Assembly: GCF_006345805.1 (NCBI RefSeq)
Contig: NW_021834084.1
Location: 1-28,191, forward strand
Length of the DNA: 28,191 nt
Source: Octopus sinensis
Taxonomy: Eukaryota
Direction of reading: 5' to 3'
Under the pieces are notes generated by a model. The model saw only the letters and a program-made list of their open reading frames with translations. It was not told the DNA's origin and did not search any database. The position numbers and the translations under genes were made by a program. This document shows, piece after piece, positions 11,873-23,988 of the stretch (within the stretch, counting starts at the first letter, position 1; each line of letters starts with the position of its first letter).

Positions 11873-12369
11873 TATTTCTTTACTACCCACAAGGGGCTAA
11901 ACAGAGGGGACAGACAAACGGATTAAGTCGATTACATCGACCCCAGTGCGCAACTGGTACTTAATTTATCGACCCCGAAAGGATGAAAGGCAAAGTGGAT
12001 CTCGGCGGAATTTGAACTCAGAACGTAACGGCAGACGAAATACCTATTTCTTTATTACCACAAGGGGCTAAACATAGAGGGGACAAACAAGGACAGACAA
12101 ACGGAATAAGTCGATTACATCGACCCCAGTGCGCACTGGTGCTGTAATTTATCGACCCGAAAGGATGAAAGGCAAAGTGGATCTCGGCGGAATTTGAACT
12201 CAGAACGTAACGGCAAACGAAATACCTATTTCTTTACTACCCACAAGGGGTTAAACATAGAGGGGACAAACAAGGACAGATGAAGGGATCAAGTCGAATA
12301 CATCGACCCCAGTGCGCAACTGGTACTTAATTTATCGACCCCGAAAGGATGGAAGGCAAAGTCGACCTC
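11873..12369 (-). mobile_element. SINE family C trimer, 5'-truncated (duplicated at 13201-13694)
   Basis: Three tail-containing units with the same junction as the other multimers. Confidence 0.85.
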
Positions 12370-12640
12370 AAGAATATCGGAATCAGCATGATTGACTAAA
12401 TCAAATTAAAACCCGTGCCCCAGCATGGCCGCAATCACCCAGTAACAGAATAAAATTATGCAAGGGACACGACAAAGATTTGATAGGCGTAGGAGTGGGA
12501 GGCTTTTGGTTTCGAGTTCAGTTTACTGCGTAGCACCTAAGCGAAATGTTTTCTACTCCAGCCCCAGACTGACCAATACCTAATACCTTGTGAATGAATT
12601 TGGTAACCGGAAACTGTATTGAAGCCCGTCACACGCATAT

Positions 12641-13040
12641 ACTTTTTACTTGTTTCAGTCATTGACTGCGGCCATACTGGAGCACCGCCTTTCGTCGAGC
12701 AAATCGACCCCGGGACTTATTCTGTGTAAGCCCAGTACTTATTCTATCGGTCTCTTTTGCCGAACCGCTAAGTGATGGGGACATAAAAACACCAGCATCG
12801 GTTGTCAAGCAATGCTAGGGGGACAAACACAGACACACAAACACACACACATAACATATAATAATATATATACATATATACGGCAGGCTTCTTTCAGTTT
12901 CCGTCTACCAAATCCACTCACAAGGCATTGGTCGGCCCGGGGCTATAGCAGAGGACACTTGCCCAAATTGCCACGCAGTGGGACTGAACCCGGAACCATG
13001 TGGTTGGTTAGCGCCAGCTACTTACCACACAGCCACTCCT
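12641..13040 (-). mobile_element. SINE family B (recombinant copy at the duplication junction)
   Basis: Same family. Left-half variants match the 13964 copy and right-half variants match the 11303 copy. Confidence 0.88.
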
Positions 13041-13963
13041 GAGCTTTCACTTTTTTTTTCTTTCTACCTCACATACGCACAAACACACCTGTGCGTACGT
13101 GTTTTAACCATGTAAATAGGCCGTTTGTATTGCACACCTTTATATCAAGGAATCTGAATCAACGACTCAAAATTAAAATAAAGCTACCAGTGCACAAGAA
13201 TATCTATTTCTTTACTACCCACAAGGGGCTAAACAGAGGGGACAGACAAACGATTAAGTCGATTACATCGACCCCAGTGCGCAACTGGTACTTAATTTAT
13301 CGACCCCGAAAGGATGAAAGGCAAAGTGGATCTCGGCGGAATTTGAACAGAACGTAACGGCAGACGAAATACCTTTTCTTTATTACCCACCAAGGGGTTA
13401 AACATAGAGGGGACAAACAAGGACAGACAAACGGAATAATCGATTACATCGACCCCAGTGCGCAACTGGCTGCTAATTTATCGACCCGAAAGGATGAAAG
13501 GCAAAGTGGATCTCGGCGGAATTTGAAATCAGAACGAACGGAACGAAATACCTATTTCTTTACTACCCACAAGGGGTTAAACATAGAGGGGACAAACAAG
13601 GACAGATGAAGGGATCAAGTCGAATACATCGACCCCAGTGCGCAACTGGTACTTAATTTATCGACCCCGAAAGGATGGAAGGCAAAGTCGACCTCAAGAA
13701 TATCGGAATCAGCATGATTGACTAAATCAAATTAAAACCCGTGCCCCAGCATGGCCGCAATCACCCAGTAACAGAATAAAATTATGCAAGGGACACGACA
13801 AAGATTTGATAGGCGTAGGGATGGCTGTTTGGTTTCGAGTTCAGTTTACTGCGTAGCACCTAAGCGAAATGTTTTCTACTCCAGCCCCAGACTGACCAAT
13901 ACCTAATACCTTGTGAATGAATTTGGTAACCGGAAACTGTATTGAAGCCCGTCACACGCATAT

Positions 13964-14163
13964 ACTCTTTTACTTGTTTCAGTCATTTGACTGCGGCCAT
14001 GCTGGAGCACCGCCTTTCGTCGAGCAAATCGACCCCGGGACATTCTGTGTAAGCCCAGTACTTATTCTATCGGTCTCTTTTGCCGAACCGCTAGGTGATG
14101 GGGACATAAACACACCAGCATCGGTTGTCAAGCAATGCTAGGGGGACAAACACAGACACACAA

Positions 14164-14194
<31 letters not shown>

Positions 14195-14367
14195 CATATA
14201 TACGGCAGGCTTCTTTCAGTTTCCGTCTACCAAATCCACTCACAAGGCATTGGTCGGCCCGGGGCTATAGCAGAAGACACTTACCCAAGATGCCACGCAG
14301 TGGGTCTGAACCCGGAACCATGTGGTTGGTTAGCAAGCTACTTACCACACAGCCACTCCTGCGCCTA
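13964..14367 (-). mobile_element. SINE family B
   Basis: Full head AGGCGCAGGAGTGGC and full tail. Confidence 0.88.
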
Positions 14368-14429
14368 GTATATATAATTGCATCGACCAAACTATCTGAG
14401 GTTTATACCTGGTGGTCACAACAGACTTC

Positions 14430-14662
14430 TGTTATGGCTTTCGAATGATGCCACCCCGCTGGCTAAGCAGGCAGGCCAACATTTCATCCTAAACAGAGCA
14501 CCAGTCCGTCTCAGGGTCACCCGTTTACAGCCAAGTGGACGACAGTAACAGGATATGAAGCGTTTTGCTCAAGAACACACCGCACCGTCTGTCTGTTTGT
14601 CGAAACCCTGATCTTGCGATCATGTGAGTTCAGTACCCTAACCACACGGCTAGGCGCCTTCA
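14430..14662 (-). mobile_element. Diverged CORE-like SINE with a different 3' tail
   Basis: The reverse strand shows a GTGGTTAGGGT head and a TTCTTGAGCAAAACGCTT centre. Confidence 0.55.
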
Positions 14663-14879
14663 CACCCACACATACACATTTATATATGTGCGTTGGTGTA
14701 TGTGTGTGTGCGCGCGCCCGTGTGCCCTACCCCTGAATAAATGATCTTGGTGTGCTTGAGTCTCTGTAACGTAGTGGTTCGTCAAAAGAATTGATACAAT
14801 AAAGTACCAGGCCTAAGAAATATATAAGTACCTGTAGCAATTTTTACTGAAGTCACTAAAGATAAGGAGTAATACTCAC

Positions 14880-15087
14880 CGAAGCCAAAAACGACAAGTA
14901 ACTTGGTATATTAGGCAGGGTTACGTTCATACTGGATATCGTAAGACTTTGTTTGGAAACCGGGCAATTAAGATTGATGTTGTGAGTTGAGAAATAACTC
15001 TCAACTTGGGTGATTATATTGGCCATCATGCCTCCCCAGTTCTCGTCTTTCATGCGTTTTAATAGCGTACAGGAGTCGTGGTAGGTG
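14880..15087 (-). CDS. GM2-activator-like gene, coding exon 3
   Basis: Acceptor TTTTTGCAG|C completes TG|C (Cys). Encodes [69 protein letters not shown]. Donor TCG|GTGAGT is in phase 0. Confidence 0.92.
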
Positions 15088-15112
15088 CTGCAAAAATTAA
15101 ATATGCCAATAT

Positions 15113-15116
<4 letters not shown>

Positions 15117-15155
<39 letters not shown>

Positions 15156-16424
15156 GTCTGTCTCTGTGTGTCTGTGTCTGTGTCTCTGTGTCTGTGTCTC
15201 TGTGTCTGTGTCTGTGTCTGCGTGTCTCTGTGTCTGTGTCTGTGTCTGCGTGTCTGTCTGTCTGTCTCTGTGTCTCTCTGTGTCTCTCTGTGTCTCTCTG
15301 TCTGTCTGTCTGTCTGTGTCTGTCTCTGTCTGTCTCTGTCTGTCTCTCTGTCTGTCTGTCTGTGTCTGTCTGTGTCTCTGTCTGTCTCTGTCTGTGTCTG
15401 TCTCTGTCTGTGTCTGTCTGTCTCTCTGTCTGTCTGTCTGTCTCTGTGTCTGTCTGTCTGTCTCTGTGACTGTCTGTCTGTCTGTCTGTCTGTGTCTGTC
15501 TGTCTCTGTGTCTGTCTGTCTCTGTGTCTGTCTGTCTCTGTGTCTGTCTGTCTCTGTGTCTGTCTGTCTCTGTGTCTGTCTGTCTGTGTCTGTCTGTCTG
15601 TCTCTGTCTGTCTCTGTGTCTGTCTGTCTCTGTGTCTGTCTGTCTCTGTGTCTGTCTGTCTCTGTGTCTGTCTGTCTCTGTGTCTGTCTGTCTGTCTCTG
15701 TGTCTGTCTGTCTGTCTCTGTGTCTGTCTGTCTGTCTCTGTGTCTGTCTGTCTGTGTCTGTGTCTGTCTGTCTGTCTCTGTGTCTGTCTGTGTCTGTGTC
15801 TCTGTCTGTCTCTGCGTGTCTGTCTGTCTGTCTCTGTGTCTGTCTGTCTCTGTCTCTGTCTCTGTCTGTCTCTGTCTGTGTCTGTCTCTGTCTGTGTCTG
15901 TGTCTGTCTCTGTCTGTGTCTGTGTCTGTGACTGTCTGTGTCTGTCTGTCTGTGTGTCTGTGTGTCTGTGTGTCTGTGTGTCTGTGTGTCTGTCTGTCTC
16001 TGTGTCTGTCTGTCTCTGTGTCTGTCTGTGTCGTCTGTCTCTGTGTCTGGCTGTCTCGTGGTCTGTGTGTCTCTGGTCTGTCTGTCTATGTGTCTGTCTG
16101 TTCTCTGTGTCTGTCTGTCTCTGGTGTGTCTGTCTCTGTTGTCTTCTGTCTGTCTGTCTGTGTGTCGTCTGTCTGTCTGTCTGTCTCTGTGTCTGTCTGT
16201 CTCTGTGTCTGTCTGTCTGTCTCTGTGTCTGTCTGTCTGTCTCTGTGTCTGTCTGTCTGTCTCTGTGTCTGTCTGTCTGTCTCTGTGTCTGTCTGTCTGT
16301 CTCTGTGTCTGTCTGTGTCTGTCTCTGTGTCTGTCTCTGTGTCTGTCTCTGTGTCTGTCTCTGTGTCTGTCTCTGTGTCTGTCTCTGTGTCTGTCTCTGT
16401 GTCTGTCTCTGTGTCTGTCTGTGT
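15117..16424. repeat. 1.3-kb complex (CT)/(GTCT)/(GT) low-complexity tract
   Basis: Almost no A on the plus strand. Higher-order 20-bp and then 12-bp periodicity appears toward the right end. Confidence 0.95.
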
Positions 16425-16578
16425 GAGGTAACACATACTAACCATGTACAAGAGAGGGATGCCACATATACAAGGTGGATACCAGATGTTTTCAAAGTTT
16501 TTCAGGAAAGGCAATACTTTCAAAGAAGTACAAAAAGTTCTCCTTCGAATCATGTTGTAGCGCTCCATTTACATCATG

Positions 16579-17863
16579 AAGGCTCCATGGAAGACCTTCA
16601 AGGGGAAGGAGTCAGGGACTCTTATCACAGTCCTTATCTCCTCTTCTGAGATTCTCCTTCAGCTCAGAGAACAACCAAAAGTCACAAGGCTCCATGGAAG
16701 ACCTTCAAGGGGAAGGAGCCAGGGACCCTTATCACAGCCTCTTTCCTCTTCTGAGATTCTCCTTCAGCTCAGAGAACAACCAAAAGTCACAAGGCTCCAT
16801 GGAAGACCTTCAAGGGGAAGGAGTCAGGGACCCTTATCACAGCCCTTATCTCCTTTTCTGAGATTCTCCTTCAGCTCAGAGAACAACCAAAAGTCACAAG
16901 GCTCCATGGAAGACCTTCAAGGGGAAGGAGTCAGGGACCCTTATCACAGCCCTTATCTCCTCTTCTGAGATTCTCTTCAGCTCAGAGAACAACCAAAAGT
17001 CACAAGGCTCCATGGAAGACCCTCAAGGGGAAGGAGTCAGGGACCCTTATCACAGCCTTATCTCCTCTTCTGAGATTCTCCTTCAGCTCAGAGAACAACC
17101 AAAAGTCACAAGGCTCCATGGAAGAACTTCAAGGGGAAGGAGCCAGGGACCCTTATCACAGACCTTATCTCCTCTTCTGAGATTCTCCTTCAGCTCAGAG
17201 AACAACCAAAAGTCACAAGGCTCCATGGAAGACCTTCAAGGGGAAGGAGCCAGGGACCCTTATCACAGCCCTTATCTCCTCTTCTGAGATTCTCCTTCAG
17301 CTCAGAGAACAACCAAAAGTCACAAGGCTCCATGGAAGACCTTCAAGGGGAAGGAGTCAGGGACCCTTATCACAGCCCTTATCTCCTCTTCTGAGATTCT
17401 CCTTCAGCTCAGGGAACAACCAAAAGTCACAAGGCTCCATGGAAGACCCTCAAGGGGAAGGAGCCAGGGACCCTTATCACAGCCCTTATCTCCTCTTCTG
17501 AGATTCTCCTTCAGCTCAGAGAACAACCAAAAGTCACAAGGCTCCATGGAAGACCTTCAAGGGGAAAGAGCCAGGGACCCTTATCACAGCCCTTATCTCC
17601 TCTTCTGAGATTCTCCTTCAGTTCAGAGAACAACCAAAAGTCAGAAAGCTCCATGGAAGACCTTCAAGGGGAAGGAGTCAGGGACCCTTATCACAGCCCT
17701 TATCTCCTCTTCTGAGATTCTCCTTCAGCTCAGAGAACAACCAAAAGTCACAAGGCTCCATGGAAGACCTTCAAGAGGAAGGAGCCAGGGACCCTTATCA
17801 CAGCCCTTATCCCCTCTTCTGAGATTCTCCTTCAGCTCAGAGAACAAAACAAAATCCACAAGG
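16579..17863. repeat. Tandem array of 12 x ~107 bp derived from mariner transposase C-terminal coding sequence
   Basis: GGCTCCATGG (one copy AGCTCCATGG) recurs at 16581, 16688, 16793, 16900, 17006, 17112, 17219, 17326, 17433, 17540, 17647 and 17754. The units are nearly identical. Confidence 0.95.
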
Positions 17864-18042
17864 AACAAGGTCTGAACCGTAGGGACGTTGTTGGACAGGT
17901 TTGGTGTCCATCTCTGTCAAGTAGCTGGTTGCCGGAAAGCTCTTACCTGAGCAACCTAGGAACAATCTTTGCGCAGGTTTTGCGCATGCTCAATTCCTTA
18001 TGAATAATTCTGTGTGATGTTACCACACCATCTTCAAACTGT

Positions 18043-18422
18043 GGAAGCACTCCGTCGGTTACGACGACGAGGGTTCCGGTTGATCCGATCAACGGAACAG
18101 CCTGCTCGTGGAATTAACGTGTAAGTGGCTGAGCACTCCACAGACACGTGTACCCTTAACGTAGTTCTCGGGAATATTCAGCGTGACACAGAGAGTGACA
18201 AGGCCGGCCCTTTGAAATACAGGTACAACAGAAAGAGGAAGTAAGAGTGAGAGAAAGTTGTAGTGAAAGAGTACAGCAGGGATCACCACCATCCCTGCCG
18301 GAGCCTCGTGAAGCTTTAGGTGTTTTCGCTCAATAAACACTCACAACGCCCGGTCTGGGAATCGAAACCGCGATCCTACGACCGCGAGTCCGCTGCCCTA
18401 ACCACTGGGCCATTGCGCCTCC
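18043..18422 (-). mobile_element. SINE family A, full length, inside the mariner
   Basis: TSD CTTCAAACTGT (18032-42 and 18423-33). Confidence 0.9.
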
Positions 18423-18540
18423 CTTCAAACTGTATGCATATTGTCATTATGGACACACGACGGCCTCTATCCAGAAAACTGCAAATTTTCTCAACCACCT
18501 CTGATGTTCTTCTTCCTCCCACCCCTCTGGTCGTTTCTCA

Positions 18541-19356
18541 TTTCTTTATTGCCCACAAGGGGCTAAACATGAAGGGGACAAACAAGGACAGATAACGTGA
18601 TTAAGTCGATTACATCTACCCCAGTGCGTAACTGGTTCTCAATTTATCGACCCCGAAAGGATGTAAGGCAAAGTCGATCTCGGCGGAATTTGAACTCAGA
18701 ACGTAACGGCAGACGAAATACCTATTTCTTTACTACCCACAAGGGGGCTAAACACAGAGGGGACAAACAAGGACAGACAGATTTAAGTCGATTACATCGA
18801 CCCCAGTGCGTAACTGGTACTTATTTCATCGACCCCGAAAGGATGAAAGGCAAAGTCGATCTCGGCGGAATTTGAACTCAGAACGTAACGGCAGACGAAA
18901 TACCTATTTCTTTACTACCCACAAGGGGTTAAATACAGAGAGGACAAACAAGGAAGGACAAACGGATTAAGTCGATTATATCGACCCCAGTGCGTAACTG
19001 GTACTTATTTAATCGACCTCGAAAGGATGAAAGGCAAAGTCGACCTCGGCGGAATTTGAACTCAGAACGTAACGGCCGACGAAATACTGCTAAGCATTTC
19101 GCCCTGAATGCTAACGTTTCTTATTTATTTACAGCCCACAAGGGGCTAAACACAGAGGGGACAAACAAGGACATACAGACAGATTTAAGTCGATTACATC
19201 GACCCCAGTGCGTAACTGGTACTTATTTAATCGACCCCGAAAGGATGAAAGGCAAAGTCGACCTCGGTGGAATTTGAACTCAGAACGTAACGGCAGACGA
19301 AATACTGCTAAGCATTTCGCCCGGCATGCTAACGTTTCTGCCAGCTCGTCGCCTTC
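18541..19356 (-). mobile_element. SINE family C tetramer inside the mariner
   Basis: Four units within a single TSD GTCGTTTCTCA (18530-40 and 19357-67). Confidence 0.9.
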
Positions 19357-19623
19357 GTCGTTTCTCACCTCCCCTCTTATCGTCTTCGAACTTCTTGTGC
19401 CAACGAAAATATTAATCCAAATGCAGTCTGGTGAATTCCATAAGTTTCTTTAGCGTTTTTGCTCAGTCTTACACATAACTTTATTGCAGAGCGTTCTTCT
19501 CAATATTATTTTTTTCTTTTTTCACGTCCCGACTGCATTCTTCAAACTAGTTGTGACAAGCAGCGTTTAATAGTATGTGTTTAGAATGCTTTTTACAGCC
19601 GTTCCTACAATCTCGAACAATAT

Positions 19624-19876
19624 GTTTCTGTATTACCCACAAGGGGCTAAACATAGAGGGGACAAACAAGGACAGACAAAGGGATTAGGTCGATTACATC
19701 GACCCCAGTGCGAAACTGGTACTTTATTTATCGACCCCGAAAGGATGAAAGGCAAAGTCAACCTCGGCGGAATTTGAACTCAGAACGTAACGACAGACGA
19801 AATACTGCTAGGCATTTTGCCCGGCGTGCTAACGATTCGGCCAGCTTAATCTAAGACAGTCATAGCTGCCTTGCCT
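19624..19876 (-). mobile_element. SINE family C monomer
   Basis: Flanked by TACAATCTC (19606-14 and 19880-88). Confidence 0.8.
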
Positions 19877-19891
19877 AAATACAATCTCAAA

Positions 19892-20283
19892 GTGGAGGCG
19901 CAATGGCCCAGTGGTTAGGGCAGCGGACTCGCGGTCGTAGGATCGCCGTTTCGATTCCCAGACCGGGCATTGTGAGTGTTTATTGAACGAAAACACCTAA
20001 AGCTTCACGAGGCTCCTGCAGGGGGGTGGTGGTGAACCCTGCTGTACTCTTTCACCACAACTTTCTCTCACTCCACTCTTACTTCCTGTTTCTGTTGTAC
20101 CTGTATTTCAAAAGGCCAGCCTTGTCACACTCTGTGTCACGCTGTATCTCCTCGAGAACTACGTTAAGGGTACACGTGTCTGTGGAATGCTCAGCCACTT
20201 GCACGTTAATTCCACGAGCAAGCTGTTCCGTTGATCGTATCAGCTGGGACCCTCATCGTCGTAACCGACGGAGTGCTCCTAAA
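19892..20283 (+). mobile_element. SINE family A, full length
   Basis: TSD ACAATCTCAAA (19881-91 and 20284-94). Confidence 0.9.
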
Positions 20284-20461
20284 ACAATCTCAAAACATAT
20301 GGAATGAATCTCGTATTCCGCACACATAAATACACAGACACTCACACACACACACACACACTAAATTCATATAACAAACATATACAGAACACAAAAGTAG
20401 TGAGACAGGCAGACAGACAGACAGACAGAGTCTACTGTAAAACAATTATTAAAATCCTTAC

Positions 20462-20654
20462 CAAGATCCTACTTGAAATAGACAAGGTATCTTGACGTGA
20501 CCAAAGAAAGTGGATCTACGAATAGTGACCGTCACATCAGAGCCATTTAGCTGTTTCAAAGCGGTCGCCTGCAGATCTAATTTTATTTTTCCCGGTAAGT
20601 TCATTGGCATCGGCTGAATATCCAGATTTTTTAATAGGAATACATTTTGGCCAC
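20462..20654 (-). CDS. GM2-activator-like gene, coding exon 2
   Basis: Acceptor TTTTTTTTAG|GT is in phase 1, matching exon 1. Encodes GQNVFLLKNLDIQPMPMNLPGKIKLDLQATALKQLNGSDVTVTIRRSTFFGHVKIPCLFQVGS. Donor TG|GTAAGG is in phase 2. PxPxxxPG and KIPCxxxxGSC are GM2AP-type motifs. Confidence 0.92.
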
Positions 20655-21012
20655 CTAAAAAAAAAAGCAACAACAAAATCATAATGCATATAACTGGGGT
20701 TAAAGATTAACTTAGCTTTCTCATGCACAATGAAAGCATTTGATTCACTCAGTGTCGTGCATTAAAATTTTATTGTTTTTAATTAATAACCGGTCGTCTA
20801 AAGTACAAATTTACAAATTAAGCCTCAAAGCTCACCTTGGCAGGGTTTGAACGCAGAACGTAAAATTTGTACTTTAGACGACAAATATCAAAAGGCATTT
20901 GTACCGTCACTTTACCAATTGTATCAATCTACCGTTCTTATAACAATTTGATAAGGATTACTAATAAGAGCATGTGGCTAAAGGTTTGGGGGTGATGGTT
21001 ACAGCCAATTAA

Positions 21013-21235
21013 GTTAGTTAGTTAGTTAATTTTTTGGCTCAAAAGCAAAAAGCAAGGCCATGTGGGGGGACATGGAGTTAAGTACAGGGTGGTGTTCATG
21101 TAAAGAGTTCAGGCCACTTGAGGTCAAGGGAGACTTTGAACAAAGCGGTCGTCGGCATCTTCACCATCTCGTCTGGCAGCTTGTTCCACGGATCCGCAAC
21201 CCGGACGGAGAAAGCTCCTCTCTTTCTATTGAGAG
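21013..21235 (-). mobile_element. CR1/L2-group LINE 3' end
   Basis: Encodes RGAFSVRVADPWNKLPDEMVKMPTTALFKVSLDLKWPELFT* (FSxRVxxxWNxLP...FKxxLD motif), followed by a short UTR and a (TAAC)n tail. Confidence 0.85.
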
Positions 21236-21624
21236 ACCCCCCACACACACACTCAGTATTTAACTGTTACTATATTTTATCTGTACCCGGTTGGATGAAA
21301 AGGTAAAATGGACTTCGGCGAAATTCGAAAATCAATCAGAAAAGTGAAAATCAGAAAAGTGAAATCAATCAGAAAAAAACAGTGGAGTTAGGAGGACTGG
21401 ATACTGCAAACTGTTTGGTTATGCACTGCTCCACCACCTCTGCTAATCTATCCAAACGCAGCCAGTTGTTCTTTTACTCACTTCAGACACTCATCCAAGG
21501 TAACGCGCAGTGGGATTGAACCAGGAAATATATAGTTGCAGAGCGAGCTTCTTAATCACGCAGACGACTTGCCTGTGTGATTAAGACAAAGTGGCAAAAA
21601 AACAAAAAAAAAAAAAAAGTTACT

Positions 21625-21790
21625 AGGAGTGGCTGTGTGGTAAGTAGCTTGTTTACCAACCACATGGTCCCGGGTTCAGTCCCACTGCGTGGCACCTTGG
21701 GCAAGTGTCTTCTACTATAGCCTCGGGCCGACCAAAGCCTTGTGAATGGATTTGGTAGACGGAAACTGAAAGAAGCCCGTCGTATATATG

Positions 21791-21832
<42 letters not shown>

Positions 21833-22046
21833 GCGTGTGTGTTTGTGTGTCTGTGTTTGTCCCCCTAGCATTGCTTGACAACCGATGCTGGTGTGTTTAT
21901 GTCTCCGTTACTTAGCGGTTCGGCAAAAGAGACCGATAGAATAAGTACTGGGCTTACAAAAGAATAAGTCCCGGGGTCGAGTTGCTCGATTCAAGGCGGT
22001 GCTCCAGCATGGCCGCAGTCAGATGATTGAAACAAGTAAAAGAGTA
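21625..22046 (+). mobile_element. SINE family B, full length
   Basis: Head, internal (TA)n and tail are all present. Confidence 0.88.
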
Positions 22047-22142
22047 ATTAAAGATTTCGAACTCCCGCGCTATTTGAACTCAGAACTTCAAAAATTACAC
22101 GTTAGAGACTAAGTGTAGAAATGATTATAAAATTTAATTTAT

Positions 22143-22590
<448 letters not shown>

Positions 22591-22824
22591 AATAAAATAA
22601 TAATAAAAATTATTAAAGATTCATTAATAAACTTGTAGGATCGGTTGAGCGTGGAACAAAATGCTTTGCGGTATTTATTAAATAGGTTTTAGTCCCGAGT
22701 TCAAATTACGCTGTGGTCAACTTTGACTTTTTTGCCCCCGGAAACAGATAAAATAGTCTCTACTATTAAGATAGTGCGGAAATTTTGTGCAGAGTAGAGG
22801 TGAGTGAAGAGGGGCAACGGTTAC

Positions 22825-23148
22825 CTTTCTTTTATCTTTTACTGGTTTCAGTCATTAGATTGCAACCATGCTGGGGCACCGTCTTGAAGAATTTTAGTCG
22901 AACGTAACTACACTAGTTTTTTTTTTTTGTTTTTTTTTTAGCTTAGTACTTATTCTTTCCCCTTCTTCTGCCGAAAGCCACCACGCTATGAGGACGTAAA
23001 CACACCAACACCGACTGTCAAGTAGTGGTGGTGGTGGTGCAAACACGCACGCGCGCGCGAAACGGGCTTCTTTCATTTTCCGTCAACCAAATCCACTTAA
23101 AAGGCTTTGGTCGGTCCGGGGGCTACAGTAGAAGACACTAGCCCCAAG
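22825..23148 (-). mobile_element. SINE family B, diverged and lacking the head
   Basis: Tail and body are alignable on the reverse strand. Confidence 0.7.
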
Positions 23149-23368
23149 GGACTTGACAGGTACTATTTTATCACCCCAGCATGATGAAAGGCAAAGTTGA
23201 ATTTCCCACAGAATAACAACAATAACCGTTTCAAATTTTGGCACAAGGCCAGCAATTTCGGGGGAGGGAGTAAATCGATTATATCGACCCCAGTGTTCAA
23301 CTGGTACTTAGTTTATTGACCCCCCCACACACACACACACACTCACCAAAAGGATAAAATGCAAAGTC

Positions 23369-23988
23369 GGATCTTTTCTTTTTGAACGGCAGATGTCAAC
23401 ACAATTTCTAGTTAACTAAACACTTTTAAACTTCGTATACTGGTAGAATGTGTTTATAAAACATCATTTTCTCTTGGTTTTATTGAGAAAATTCTATAGT
23501 TTGTAAGATATTTCGTCTGAAAATCCGAGCATTTCGGCAATTTTAACCAATTTTAACCTCCATTCAACTAAAATCATTTGTTCTGCGTCTAAAACTGAGA
23601 CATCCTGTAACTAACCCTAAGCTACCCCCTAACCCTAATTTTGTTTTTCTTAATTGTTAAATTAATTTAATTCCATTGCTTTAGTTTTTTTTACACGCGT
23701 AACAATTAAATTGATCTAACAATTAAGAAAAAAAAAATTTAGGGTTGGGGGGAGGTTTGTTACAGGATATTGTCTCAGTTTTAGACGCAGCAAATGATTT
23801 TAGCTCAAAAGAGACCATAGGATTGGTTAAAATTCGAAAAATTAAACTACGTTAAACAAACAAATTACAATTTTCTCAAGAAAGCCAAGAGAAAAAAAGT
23901 GTTTCATTTTGACACATTCTACCAGTATACGAAGTTTTAAAGTGTTTAGTTAACTAGAAATTGTCTGCCGTTCGAAAGGAAAAGATCC
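23369..23988. mobile_element. Foldback MITE, 620 bp, 8-bp TSD (Merlin- or MULE-like)
   Basis: GGATC...GATCC termini with long inverted arms covering most of the element. The perfect TSD GCAAAGTC (23361-68 and 23989-96) duplicates SINE sequence. Confidence 0.88.

Larger units (their letters stand above)
11303..13963. repeat. ~1.33-kb direct tandem duplication in intron 3
   Basis: 11303-12640 and 12641-13963 share both unique and SINE sequence almost identically. Confidence 0.92.
16471..20313 (-). mobile_element. Decayed mariner (Tc1/mariner) transposon with nested insertions
   Basis: Imperfect TIRs (TA|CAAGGTGGATACCAGATGTTTT vs TA|CGAGATTCATTCCATATGTTTT, 16/22 identical) with TA flanks. Transposase remnants are EERSAIKLCVRLSKNAKETYG, FRWHKKFED, RIIHKELSMRKTCAKIVPRLL, PYGSDLVPC/CDFWLFSELKENLR (YSPDLAPxDF motif) and FHGAF..ERYN. 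The ORF carries stops, frameshifts and internal deletions. Confidence 0.85.

Noticed and set aside
15059-16649. Long ORFs of 440-523 aa on both strands
   Set aside because: They are stop-free translations of a simple-sequence tract with no domain content, lying inside an intron.
16579-17863. CRISPR-like array
   Set aside because: There are no unique spacers, whole units repeat, the context is eukaryotic, and the unit is transposase-derived.
23608-23750. Telomeric repeats
   Set aside because: These are isolated TAACCC/TTAGGG motifs within the MITE arms, not an array.
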